64,000 nucleotides of DNA from Gemmatimonadales bacterium (GTDB lineage: Bacteria > Gemmatimonadota > Gemmatimonadetes > Gemmatimonadales > GWC2-71-9). The stretch spans positions 1 to 64,000 of the forward strand of contig JBFJCP010000006.1 of assembly GCA_041615815.1 (NCBI GenBank), read 5' to 3'. The notes below the pieces were generated by a model. That model saw nothing but the letters and a program-made list of their open reading frames with translations, was not told where the DNA came from and did not search any database. Position numbers and translations under genes: made by a program. Numbering within the stretch: the stretch's first letter is position 1; each line of letters begins with the position of its first letter. Of the stretch, positions 36,921-44,953 are shown piece by piece.

Positions 36921-38231
36921 GTGCCAGAGATTCTGCAGGCGGAGCTGACATGGACGGGAACACGCTTCGAGTCCGATATCGAGGTTGTCGTCTCCGATGA
37001 CGGTCGGATATACGCGGTGCGCAGGGCAAATACGAAGCCGTCCAAGCGACTGGACGGGCAAGCCCTCATGCCCGGCTTCATCAACGCGCATTCGCATGCA
37101 TTTCAGCGAGGGCTACGAGGATTAGGGGAACGATACGCAGAGGGCCCAGGCAGCTTCTGGACCTGGCGAGAGACGATGTATGATTTCATCGCGGGGCTGG
37201 ACGAGAACGCATTCCGAGAACTCTGCTACCAGTGCTTCGAGGAGATGCGCGACGCCGGGATAACGACCGTCGGCGAATTCCATTATCTGCATCACTCCTC
37301 GCACGATGCCGATCATCAGTTTGACGAAGCCGTGTTGGCAGCGGCGGCTGCCGCAGAGATTCGACTGGTCCTTCTCAGCGCCTACTACGCCACTGGCGGT
37401 ATCGGCAAGCCTCTAGAGGGGTCGCAATGCCGGTTCGCAACACACACACCAGAAGCATACTGGCTGCAGATGGACCGGCTGTCTGCGAAGCTTCACCACA
37501 ATACCCAGCGACTTGGCGCGGTCGTTCACAGTATTCGAGCAGCATCACTCGAAGACTGTAGCTCCATCTACCACGAAGCGAGACGGCGAAACCTCGTCTT
37601 CCATATGCATGTCGAAGAGCAGCGTCGGGAGATTGCGGAATCGATTCGTGTATATGGCAAGCCGCCGTTGGAACTGATCCACCACGTTCTGCAATTCCAT
37701 GACGGCATCACCGCCGTTCATTGTACGCACAGTAGTCAGGACCTGCTGCGACGCTTCTTGCAGGTCGGCGGTCTCGTGTGCGTATGTCCGCTCACGGAGG
37801 CAAACCTGGGAGACGGGATCCCCGATCTCGCCGACGTACCGGAAGTGCCCGGACAACTTTGTCTCGGCACCGACTCAAACGCCCGTGTGAGCATGTGGGA
37901 AGAAATGCGATGGGTGGAGTACGGGCAGCGACTGGTGCGAGAAGCCCGCGGCATGTTGAAGCGTGGTAGCGACGTCGCACAGTTGCTTCTCGAGGCCGCG
38001 ACCGCCACGGGTGCTCGGTCGCTAGGAGTGTCGGCTGGTCAAATTGCGCCGGGCTGTTGGGCCGACTTCATGACGATCGATCTGGACCATCCCTCGATTC
38101 GGGGGTGCGATCCCCAACACCTGCTGGATGCTCTGGTATTCGGCGCCGGTAACGAGGTGATCGTAGCGACGAGTGTTGGCGGACGCTGGCGGGACTCCCG
38201 AGCCAAGGCACAAGACCCTACGCCCAAGTGA
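36921..38231 (+). CDS. hutF: Formimidoylglutamate deiminase
   Basis: NAHSHAFQR, FWTWRETMY, GEFHYLHH, HSIRA, HVEEQ, CPLTEANLGDG, GTDS. Confidence 0.8.
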   Translation: MPEILQAELTWTGTRFESDIEVVVSDDGRIYAVRRANTKPSKRLDGQALMPGFINAHSHAFQRGLRGLGERYAEGPGSFWTWRETMYDFIAGLDENAFRELCYQCFEEMRDAGITTVGEFHYLHHSSHDADHQFDEAVLAAAAAAEIRLVLLSAYYATGGIGKPLEGSQCRFATHTPEAYWLQMDRLSAKLHHNTQRLGAVVHSIRAASLEDCSSIYHEARRRNLVFHMHVEEQRREIAESIRVYGKPPLELIHHVLQFHDGITAVHCTHSSQDLLRRFLQVGGLVCVCPLTEANLGDGIPDLADVPEVPGQLCLGTDSNARVSMWEEMRWVEYGQRLVREARGMLKRGSDVAQLLLEAATATGARSLGVSAGQIAPGCWADFMTIDLDHPSIRGCDPQHLLDALVFGAGNEVIVATSVGGRWRDSRAKAQDPTPK

Positions 38232-39447
38232 TGCCCGCCTGGGCGTCCGGTAAGTGTGCGGGATGCCCCGCTGCGCTGAGCACGTCCAGGATCCCCTGAA
38301 GATGGTCGTGTCCACGGGTCTGAATCACGAACTCGACCTCGACCGATGGCAGCCGCACGTTCGTGAACGCGCGCTGGTGACGCACCTCGAGAATATTGGC
38401 TTCGGCTTCAGCTAGGCAGGTGGTGACTTCGGCGAGCCCGCCAGGGAGATCCCGTAGTTCAACGAGCAGGCGCACCAGACGTCCCGTACGGACGAGCCCG
38501 CGTTGAATCACGGACGACAAGATCATCGGGTCGATATTACCTCCGCAAACCACGAGCGCGACTCGTCGACTGGCGAACCGGTCTGCGTGCTTGAGCACCG
38601 CGGCCAGCCCAGCCGCCCCAGCCCCCTCAACCACCATTTTCTCGCGTTCCAAGAACAAGAGAACACTTCGTTCGATCTCATCCTCCTCGACCAGCAGAAC
38701 GTCGCTCACCAATTGACGGATGATCGGGACGGTGAGCCGGCCGGGTACTTTCACCGCGATCCCCTCCGCGATCGTTGCCGTACCGCATTGGATGGGGTCT
38801 CCAGCCAATGCCTGCCGCATCGAGGGGAAACGCGCCGCCTCGACACCGATGATCTCGATACCCGGCTTGATACCGGTAGCGGCGGTCGCGATACCCGCGA
38901 TCAACCCGCCACCGCCGATCGGCACCACAATGACGTCCAGGTCCGGGTGCGCTTCGAGGAGCTCAACGGCTACCGTCCCCTGTCCTGTGATGATCTTCTC
39001 GTCGTCATACGGATGGATCAGGTGAAGACCGCGTTTCTTCGCGAGGGCGGTGGCATGCGCGCCAGCTTCATCAAGTCCGGCGCCCTCCAAGACGACCTCT
39101 GCTCCGAAGCTGCGTGTGCGCTCAACCTTGAGTGTGGGCGTGTACCGCGGCATCACGATGGTGGCCTCAATGCCGAGCCGCTGTGCGTGACGGGCAACCG
39201 CCTGGGCGTGATTACCGGCTGACATGGCAATGATGCCCGCGGCCCGCTCATGCTCGCTCATCGAGCGGAGTTTGAACACGGCGCCCCGCTCTTTGAACGA
39301 GGCAGTGTATTGGAGATTCTCCAGTTTGAGGATGATCTCGGCACGAGTGATCTCCGACAACACCCGGGAGCGGGAGGAGGGAGTGGTGCCGATCTCCTGC
39401 GCCACGATTCGGGCAGCGGTACGGATGTCGTCGACGTTCACAGACAT
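38218..39447 (-). CDS. ilvA: Threonine ammonia-lyase with C-terminal ACT domain
   Basis: KLENLQYTASFKERGA, SAGNHAQ, PIGGGGL, EGAGA, GGNID, DLPGGLA ACT. Confidence 0.88.
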   Translation of the reverse strand: MSVNVDDIRTAARIVAQEIGTTPSSRSRVLSEITRAEIILKLENLQYTASFKERGAVFKLRSMSEHERAAGIIAMSAGNHAQAVARHAQRLGIEATIVMPRYTPTLKVERTRSFGAEVVLEGAGLDEAGAHATALAKKRGLHLIHPYDDEKIITGQGTVAVELLEAHPDLDVIVVPIGGGGLIAGIATAATGIKPGIEIIGVEAARFPSMRQALAGDPIQCGTATIAEGIAVKVPGRLTVPIIRQLVSDVLLVEEDEIERSVLLFLEREKMVVEGAGAAGLAAVLKHADRFASRRVALVVCGGNIDPMILSSVIQRGLVRTGRLVRLLVELRDLPGGLAEVTTCLAEAEANILEVRHQRAFTNVRLPSVEVEFVIQTRGHDHLQGILDVLSAAGHPAHLPDAQAGITWA

Positions 39448-39552
39448 GCAGATGCGAGTCCGATCATCACGGACTCAGAAGCTAACCGTCGTGCACGGGC
39501 CTGCCACGGGCAGGCATGCTGAGGCTGGGAGGGCCGGTGAAATGGAATGAAC

Positions 39553-39677
39553 AAAAAAACGAGGGGCGTCAGGCGAGCGGATGACCGGTCCGCTCTCGAG
39601 AGACCCATCGGCCCCTGTCCGACGAGTCCCGTCCGTGCCGTAATCGACACGATTTGCTGACTGCCCGACACCCCTCG
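39553..39677 (-). ncRNA. Putative structured RNA (15-bp closing stem, three hairpins, U7 tail); family unknown
   Basis: All four helices pair fully on the minus strand, using six G:U pairs; followed by TTTTTTT. Confidence 0.5.
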
Positions 39678-39755
39678 AAACTTGAATTTGAGTCCTGATG
39701 TCTAAGGCCGTTATGAAATGGTCATGAGCATCGCCGCGGCGCCGTCATTCCAGAC

Positions 39756-41339
39756 TCAAGGCCCAAGGCGGCGTTTCTGAGGCGCGGATCCGAGGCGCGG
39801 ACCAGCGGTGGACGCAACGTGGGCTGCCAGACGGTCGATCAAGGTCGTGAGCTGATCGTGTCGGGTCCTCACGGTTCGTGCGAAGATCGTGCGTGCCAAG
39901 CCCCAGGACGCGCCAACCGCGAGGGCTGCAGCCACAACACCGGCCACTGGGGCTTGAAGGGCCCCGGCTACCACCCCGAGCAGCGCGCCCCCTCCCCCCC
40001 CACCACCTCCCCCTACGATGCCACCGAACACACCGCCCGCGAAGTTACTCATGCGCTCGTCGATGGTGATGCGCGTCCGTCCGTCGCGCGGCATCACCAT
40101 GATGTGAATGTCCCGCCCACCGGCCCCCTGCCCCGCCCGAGCCGTGCTCCACGTCAGGGAGCGGCCGAGGGTACTCACGTGCCCCACGTCACGCAGCGTG
40201 GCTCGCACGTCCTCGACGAGGATCGCAAACTCCGAATCCGGCACCTCTCCATCGACGGTTCGTTCGAGCCGCAACGACGTCGGGGCGCCGGCAAGAAAGT
40301 TCTTCCGCGGCGGTGAGGGCTCCGGGCGCTGGAGCTGCCGGGCTGCCTGTTCTACTCGCTCCGGCGAGATTCCCACTTGGGCGGCGATTTGCTGTACCGC
40401 TCCAATGGAGAGCGCGCCTTCCTCTGTCGGCTGCTGAACCTGCATCTCGCTGGCGTGCTTGACGATGGATCGAACCTCGGACTCGCTATACCGGCGGCTA
40501 CGTCCGGTGGCGCTCATCAAGGCATCCACCAACTCCTTGGCGCTCGAGTAGCGGTCTTGCGGTCTGATGGCCATCGCTCGAACGAGCACCCGCTCGAGTG
40601 AGCCCGAGAGCTCATCGAGTCGCTTCCGATGCGACGCACTGGCGTCGAGGAATCTCCCCAGCTTGCTGGCTTCCTCGGTGGGCCAAAACCCGGGTGTCTC
40701 GCCGACCATCATCTCGTAGCACACACATGCCAAGCTGTAGACGTCCGTGCGCGCGTCCAGTTCCCGCACGGCTGCTGCCTGCTCGGGGCTCATGTAGCCG
40801 GGCGTTCCCAGGGGGAATCCGGTGCGGGTGAGCTCGATACCGCCCGCGGTGCTGATGGCTCGGGCGATCCCGAAGTCCGCCACCATCGCGTGGCCCTCGG
40901 AGAAGAGGATGTTCTCAGGCTTGAGGTCTCGATGGAGGACGCCCTGGCGATGAGCGTAGCTCACTGCGTCGCCCACGCGCACCGAGATTCCCAGTGCGTG
41001 GTCGACGTCCAGGGGACCCTCGCGGTTCAGCAGTGAGCGCAGCGATCCGCCATCGATGTATGGCATCACGTAGTACAGCCGGCTGTTCGCCTCGCCGGAG
41101 TCGTACAAGGGAACGATGTGTGGGTGCGTGAGCTTGGCCGCGATCTCGATTTCCTTGAGGAACCGCTCGGTACCGATGGACGCGGCGAGATCTGGCCGCA
41201 GCACCTTGACCGCCACTTGCCGATCGTGTTTGAGGTCCCGAGCCAAATACACGGTCGCCATTCCTCCCCGACCCAGGATGCGCTCGAGCGCATACCGCTT
41301 TGCCAAGGCGGAACGGAGAGTTTCGGGTATCTGCGTCAC
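39756..41339 (-). CDS. Ser/Thr protein kinase with C-terminal Gly-rich membrane hairpin
   Basis: GRGGMATV, VAVK, HRDLKPEN, DFG, GTPGYMSPE; GTG start at 41339 chosen. Confidence 0.88.
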   Translation of the reverse strand: MTQIPETLRSALAKRYALERILGRGGMATVYLARDLKHDRQVAVKVLRPDLAASIGTERFLKEIEIAAKLTHPHIVPLYDSGEANSRLYYVMPYIDGGSLRSLLNREGPLDVDHALGISVRVGDAVSYAHRQGVLHRDLKPENILFSEGHAMVADFGIARAISTAGGIELTRTGFPLGTPGYMSPEQAAAVRELDARTDVYSLACVCYEMMVGETPGFWPTEEASKLGRFLDASASHRKRLDELSGSLERVLVRAMAIRPQDRYSSAKELVDALMSATGRSRRYSESEVRSIVKHASEMQVQQPTEEGALSIGAVQQIAAQVGISPERVEQAARQLQRPEPSPPRKNFLAGAPTSLRLERTVDGEVPDSEFAILVEDVRATLRDVGHVSTLGRSLTWSTARAGQGAGGRDIHIMVMPRDGRTRITIDERMSNFAGGVFGGIVGGGGGGGGGALLGVVAGALQAPVAGVVAAALAVGASWGLARTIFARTVRTRHDQLTTLIDRLAAHVASTAGPRLGSAPQKRRLGP

Positions 41340-41588
41340 GCCACCAAGGTAGCCGGGGATGTGGCGCTTCGGAACGTCCAACTCTTCTCGGTGGAGCGCC
41401 ACGTAGCGATACATCTGCTACAAAGTAGGCCATGCCGCGCAGTGATGTGGCCGCAAGGCTCCGCTCCCGAACGACCGCCGAGGGCTGTGTGGTAGGGTGG
41501 TCCGATCACGCCAAGTGGCAATGACTTGTGCGCGGCCCGGTCTTGCTGTCACCGCAACATCAGGTCGTGGGCGGAGGCATCCCCCTCC

Positions 41589-41604
41589 GGGCACGACGCT
41601 TGCT
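41589..41604 (+). promoter_or_regulatory. Putative sigma-54 promoter of the cupredoxin operon
   Basis: GGGCACG-ACGC-TTGCT versus consensus TGGCACG-N4-TTGCW; GG-N10-GC. Confidence 0.55.
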
Positions 41605-41769
41605 CCTTCCCGCCACGCGTTCGTTTCGAAGCAGTGAGACGGGCATCGATTGAACCAACGTTCATACACAGTTCAGCTTCACGAAGACATGGTGTTTCAT
41701 CGTGTTGGATCTCAGGACCGCGGCACGTTTTGCGGCCACCACCTGGGACCCAGTCGGGGGGGTTGGAGC

Positions 41770-43473
41770 ATGCGGATAGGATTCATGGCTTTGCTCGGTC
41801 TGATCGGTGTGGGAGGGTGTGGTGGAGGTGGGGCGGCCGGACCTACGGCGCCCGACGCCCAGGTCTCCTTTGCCTCGCTGGATCTCACGCCCGCGTCGGT
41901 CGCGGTACCCGTCGGCGGCACCGTTCAGCTCGTGGCGACTCCGAGAGACTCGAACGGGAATCCCGTGGGTAGCCTTCCACCGGCCACGTTCTCGAGCAGT
42001 TCTCCAGAAACGGCTGGTGTGGACGACCAAGGTCTTGTGACCGGCAACTTGGTAGGGAGCGCCGTCATTACGGCGAGCGTCACTGCCTCGGGTGTCACCC
42101 ACACCGCGAGCGCAACGGTCGCGGTCACCTCGGGCGAACGGGCTCCGGCAACGGTTACCACCCCCGGCCTTGCCTTTGACCCCGCGTCACTCGCTGTGTC
42201 GGTAGGTGACACGGTCACGTGGGAATTTTCGGGTGCGGTCCACAACGTGACGTTCACTGAGGGAACGCCGCCCGGTGGAAACATTCCCGATCAGCAGATT
42301 GGGAGCGTAGTAGAACGGGAGTTCCCGGATCCCGGGACCTTCAAGTACGAGTGTACCATCCACGCTGGCATGGCGGGGGAAGTGGTGGTCACGACGGGAA
42401 CACCGAGCGTGTTCACCTCGCTCGCCGTGACGCCGACGACCCCCGCCATGGACATTGGACAGAGCGTCCAGTTGACGGTCACGGCGCTGGATCAGTTCGG
42501 CAACGCGATGCCGGGAATGCCAGCACCAACCTTCAGCGTGATCGACGGTTCGATAGCGTCGGTCGACGCCGGCGGGCTCGTGACGGGAGTGAGTGAAGGG
42601 ACCACGACGGTTGTGGCCTCGATCACCCACGACGGTGTGACCCAGACTGCGTCGGCAACGGTGAACGTACGCTCGCCCCAATCGGGCGCCGTGACCGTGA
42701 CAACCCCCAATTTGCGATTCGATCCCCCCACTATATCGATACCAGTTGGCGGGAGCGTGACGTGGCAGTTCTCGGAGGCGGTCCACAACGTGACATTCTC
42801 GGGCGCTGCACCTTCCGGTGGCAGCATCCCGGACCAGGATCCCGGAAACGCCGTTTCACGCTCCTTTACGGCTGCAGGCACCTATGGGTACGAGTGCACC
42901 CGCCATAGCGGGATGGTGGGAGAAGTGGTGGTGGAAGGAGGAGCGGGTCCTTCGGTCTTCAGTTCGCTCGCGCTGTCTCCAATGGAATGGGCGATGCCAC
43001 TAGGTGCGTTCAAGGAATTGACGGCGACGCCCCTCGATCAGAACGGGCTCCCCATTTCGGGACTCCCGGCGCCCTCGTTTACGAGTAGCGATCCGGCCGT
43101 GGCGTTCGTCGACGAGAGCGGCCTGGTCACGACCGGAGGTGAGGGTACCGTCGTTGTCACCGCCGCACTCACCGTCGACGGTGAGACACGAACGGCCACG
43201 ACATCGATCTCGGTGGCGCCGGCCACTGCCGCCGTCGTGCGAATTACTGCGGATTTGTACGAGCCGGATCCGGTCGACATTGCTCCCGGCGGGACGGTGA
43301 TTTGGGAAGTCGGTGGGTCGGCACACAACATGACCTTCGACCTTCCACCTGTCGAGGGAAATATCCCGGATACGGATCCCGGCAATGCCGTTGCCAGGAC
43401 CTTTGCCACCGAGAATGATTACGACTACGAATGCACACTCCATGGCGAGAAAGGACGAGTGCGCGTCCGATGA
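41770..43473 (+). CDS. Lipoprotein with three tandem (Ig-like Big_2 + cupredoxin) modules
   Basis: GGAG RBS, lipobox VGGC; Ig motifs (VQLxAT.D..GN, V...GLVTG); HNVTF...ECTIHAGM, HNVTF...ECTRHSGM, HNMTF...ECTLHGE. Confidence 0.82.
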   Translation: MRIGFMALLGLIGVGGCGGGGAAGPTAPDAQVSFASLDLTPASVAVPVGGTVQLVATPRDSNGNPVGSLPPATFSSSSPETAGVDDQGLVTGNLVGSAVITASVTASGVTHTASATVAVTSGERAPATVTTPGLAFDPASLAVSVGDTVTWEFSGAVHNVTFTEGTPPGGNIPDQQIGSVVEREFPDPGTFKYECTIHAGMAGEVVVTTGTPSVFTSLAVTPTTPAMDIGQSVQLTVTALDQFGNAMPGMPAPTFSVIDGSIASVDAGGLVTGVSEGTTTVVASITHDGVTQTASATVNVRSPQSGAVTVTTPNLRFDPPTISIPVGGSVTWQFSEAVHNVTFSGAAPSGGSIPDQDPGNAVSRSFTAAGTYGYECTRHSGMVGEVVVEGGAGPSVFSSLALSPMEWAMPLGAFKELTATPLDQNGLPISGLPAPSFTSSDPAVAFVDESGLVTTGGEGTVVVTAALTVDGETRTATTSISVAPATAAVVRITADLYEPDPVDIAPGGTVIWEVGGSAHNMTFDLPPVEGNIPDTDPGNAVARTFATENDYDYECTLHGEKGRVRVR

Positions 43474-44567
43474 CGAAGCTATGGATCTTGACACCGGCTC
43501 TCTGTCTCGCTCTCGGTGTGACAGGGATAGAAGCCCAATCGCTGCTCGATCGTCCGCCGAACGTCTCGGGGGATTGGGTCGCCAACGCGGGCACGGTACA
43601 GTTCAACTTTCTCCACCGGTTCATGGTAAGTGACGCCCCCGTCCGGAAGATCAGCAATTTCCCCACTTTCCTGATTGGTGTGGGTCTGCCAGGAGCGCTG
43701 ATGGTTGGCGCGCATTATGCCACCAACTCGACGCTCGCTCCTCGTTTCCCCAACGAGTGGGAGTTCTTTGCCCGTCTGGCGCCATTGTCCGAAGATCGCG
43801 GGGCGCCGATCGATCTCGGGGGTCAAGTCGGATACAACCTGGCTGCAGAAGGCCTGGACGGTGAGCTCTCCGTGGCCAAGCGGGTAGGACCGCTTCGGCT
43901 CATCGCCGCGGCCCGAGTGCTTGCAGATCCCTTTGCAGAGGGCGAGGTGCTCTTCGCCATGGGTGGAGGGGGCACGTTACGAGTTAGCCGGTACCTTGCC
44001 CTCGCCGGTGATATTGCAGGTCTCACCAAGAGGGACGAGGATCGCGGCGAGAAGCCCGCTTGGAGCGCCGGCGTGCATCTTGCCATCCCCAACACCCCGC
44101 ATACGCTATCTCTCCAGGCCACCAACACGAATACAGCGACGCTCCAAGGCCTTTCCCGCGGTGACAGCGAGATTCGTTACGGTTTCGAGTTCACGGTTCC
44201 TGTCACGCTGTCGCGGTTCTTTGGGCGGCGACGCCCGCCACGCAGACCGCAACCGACAGCAGACTCGCTCCGCGCACCTTTGGTTGCCCAGGAGGCGGAC
44301 TCAACGGGCGAAGTGATCGGCACCGTCATTCGCCAAATGAAGTTTCCGCAGAATCGGCTCGAGATCGAAGTGGGAACGACGATCGTGTGGGAAAACGCGG
44401 ATCCACTGGCCCACACCGTCACTGCCGACGACGGCAGCTTTGACTCGGGGTTGATCCAGCCCGGTGAGAAATGGAGCTACACGTTCACGCGGGTTGGGGA
44501 CTACAGCTTCTTCTGTACTCCCCACCCGTTCATGACCGGGATCGTGATTGTACGAGGCACGCCATGA
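43470..44567 (+). CDS. Predicted beta-barrel (DUF5777-like) fused to a C-terminal amicyanin/plastocyanin-like cupredoxin
   Basis: Signal peptide; FNFLHRF, amphipathic strands, HTLSLQATN; WENADPLAHTV...FCTPHPFM; ATGA overlap. Confidence 0.72.
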   Translation: MTKLWILTPALCLALGVTGIEAQSLLDRPPNVSGDWVANAGTVQFNFLHRFMVSDAPVRKISNFPTFLIGVGLPGALMVGAHYATNSTLAPRFPNEWEFFARLAPLSEDRGAPIDLGGQVGYNLAAEGLDGELSVAKRVGPLRLIAAARVLADPFAEGEVLFAMGGGGTLRVSRYLALAGDIAGLTKRDEDRGEKPAWSAGVHLAIPNTPHTLSLQATNTNTATLQGLSRGDSEIRYGFEFTVPVTLSRFFGRRRPPRRPQPTADSLRAPLVAQEADSTGEVIGTVIRQMKFPQNRLEIEVGTTIVWENADPLAHTVTADDGSFDSGLIQPGEKWSYTFTRVGDYSFFCTPHPFMTGIVIVRGTP

Positions 44568-44947
44568 GGTCGAGACTCTGGGGGATCCTGGCGGCCACCA
44601 TCGTGGCGGCCTGCTTTTCGGAGCGCACCGACACGACGAGTCCACCGCTGCAGGGTACGTGCGACGTTTCGCTTCCAGCGGAGCTGCTCGGATCCACCAT
44701 TGTCGCGATCCGTAACTTCAGCTTTGAGCCGGCCCAAGTGCGGGTCGCAGCCGGTGGGACGGTCACCTGGGTGAACTGTGCCCCGGCGGACGAACCGGCG
44801 CACACGAGTACGTCGGATCAGGGCGTATGGGGGACCGAGCTCCTACCCCCGGGGAGTTTTGCCAGCTTTACCTTCACCCAGGCAGGAGCGTTCCCGTATC
44901 ACTGCGAGCCCCATCCGTTCATGCAGGCAACTGTGGTTGTCCAATAG
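44564..44947 (+). CDS. Small cupredoxin (blue copper) lipoprotein
   Basis: Lipobox VAAC; FSFEP, VTWVN, AHTS, YHCEPHPFM; ATGA overlap. Confidence 0.82.
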   Translation: MRSRLWGILAATIVAACFSERTDTTSPPLQGTCDVSLPAELLGSTIVAIRNFSFEPAQVRVAAGGTVTWVNCAPADEPAHTSTSDQGVWGTELLPPGSFASFTFTQAGAFPYHCEPHPFMQATVVVQ

Positions 44948-44953
44948 GTTGCC

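Noticed and set aside
39600..39665. c-di-GMP-I riboswitch or tRNA/Y-RNA identity for the structured element
   Set aside because: GCAAA...GACG is similar, but there is no GNRA loop or GCAAAG junction and no TTCRA T-loop; left unassigned.
41721..41733. CGGCACGTTTTGC as a sigma-54 promoter
   Set aside because: GG-GC spacing is 8 rather than 10 nt.
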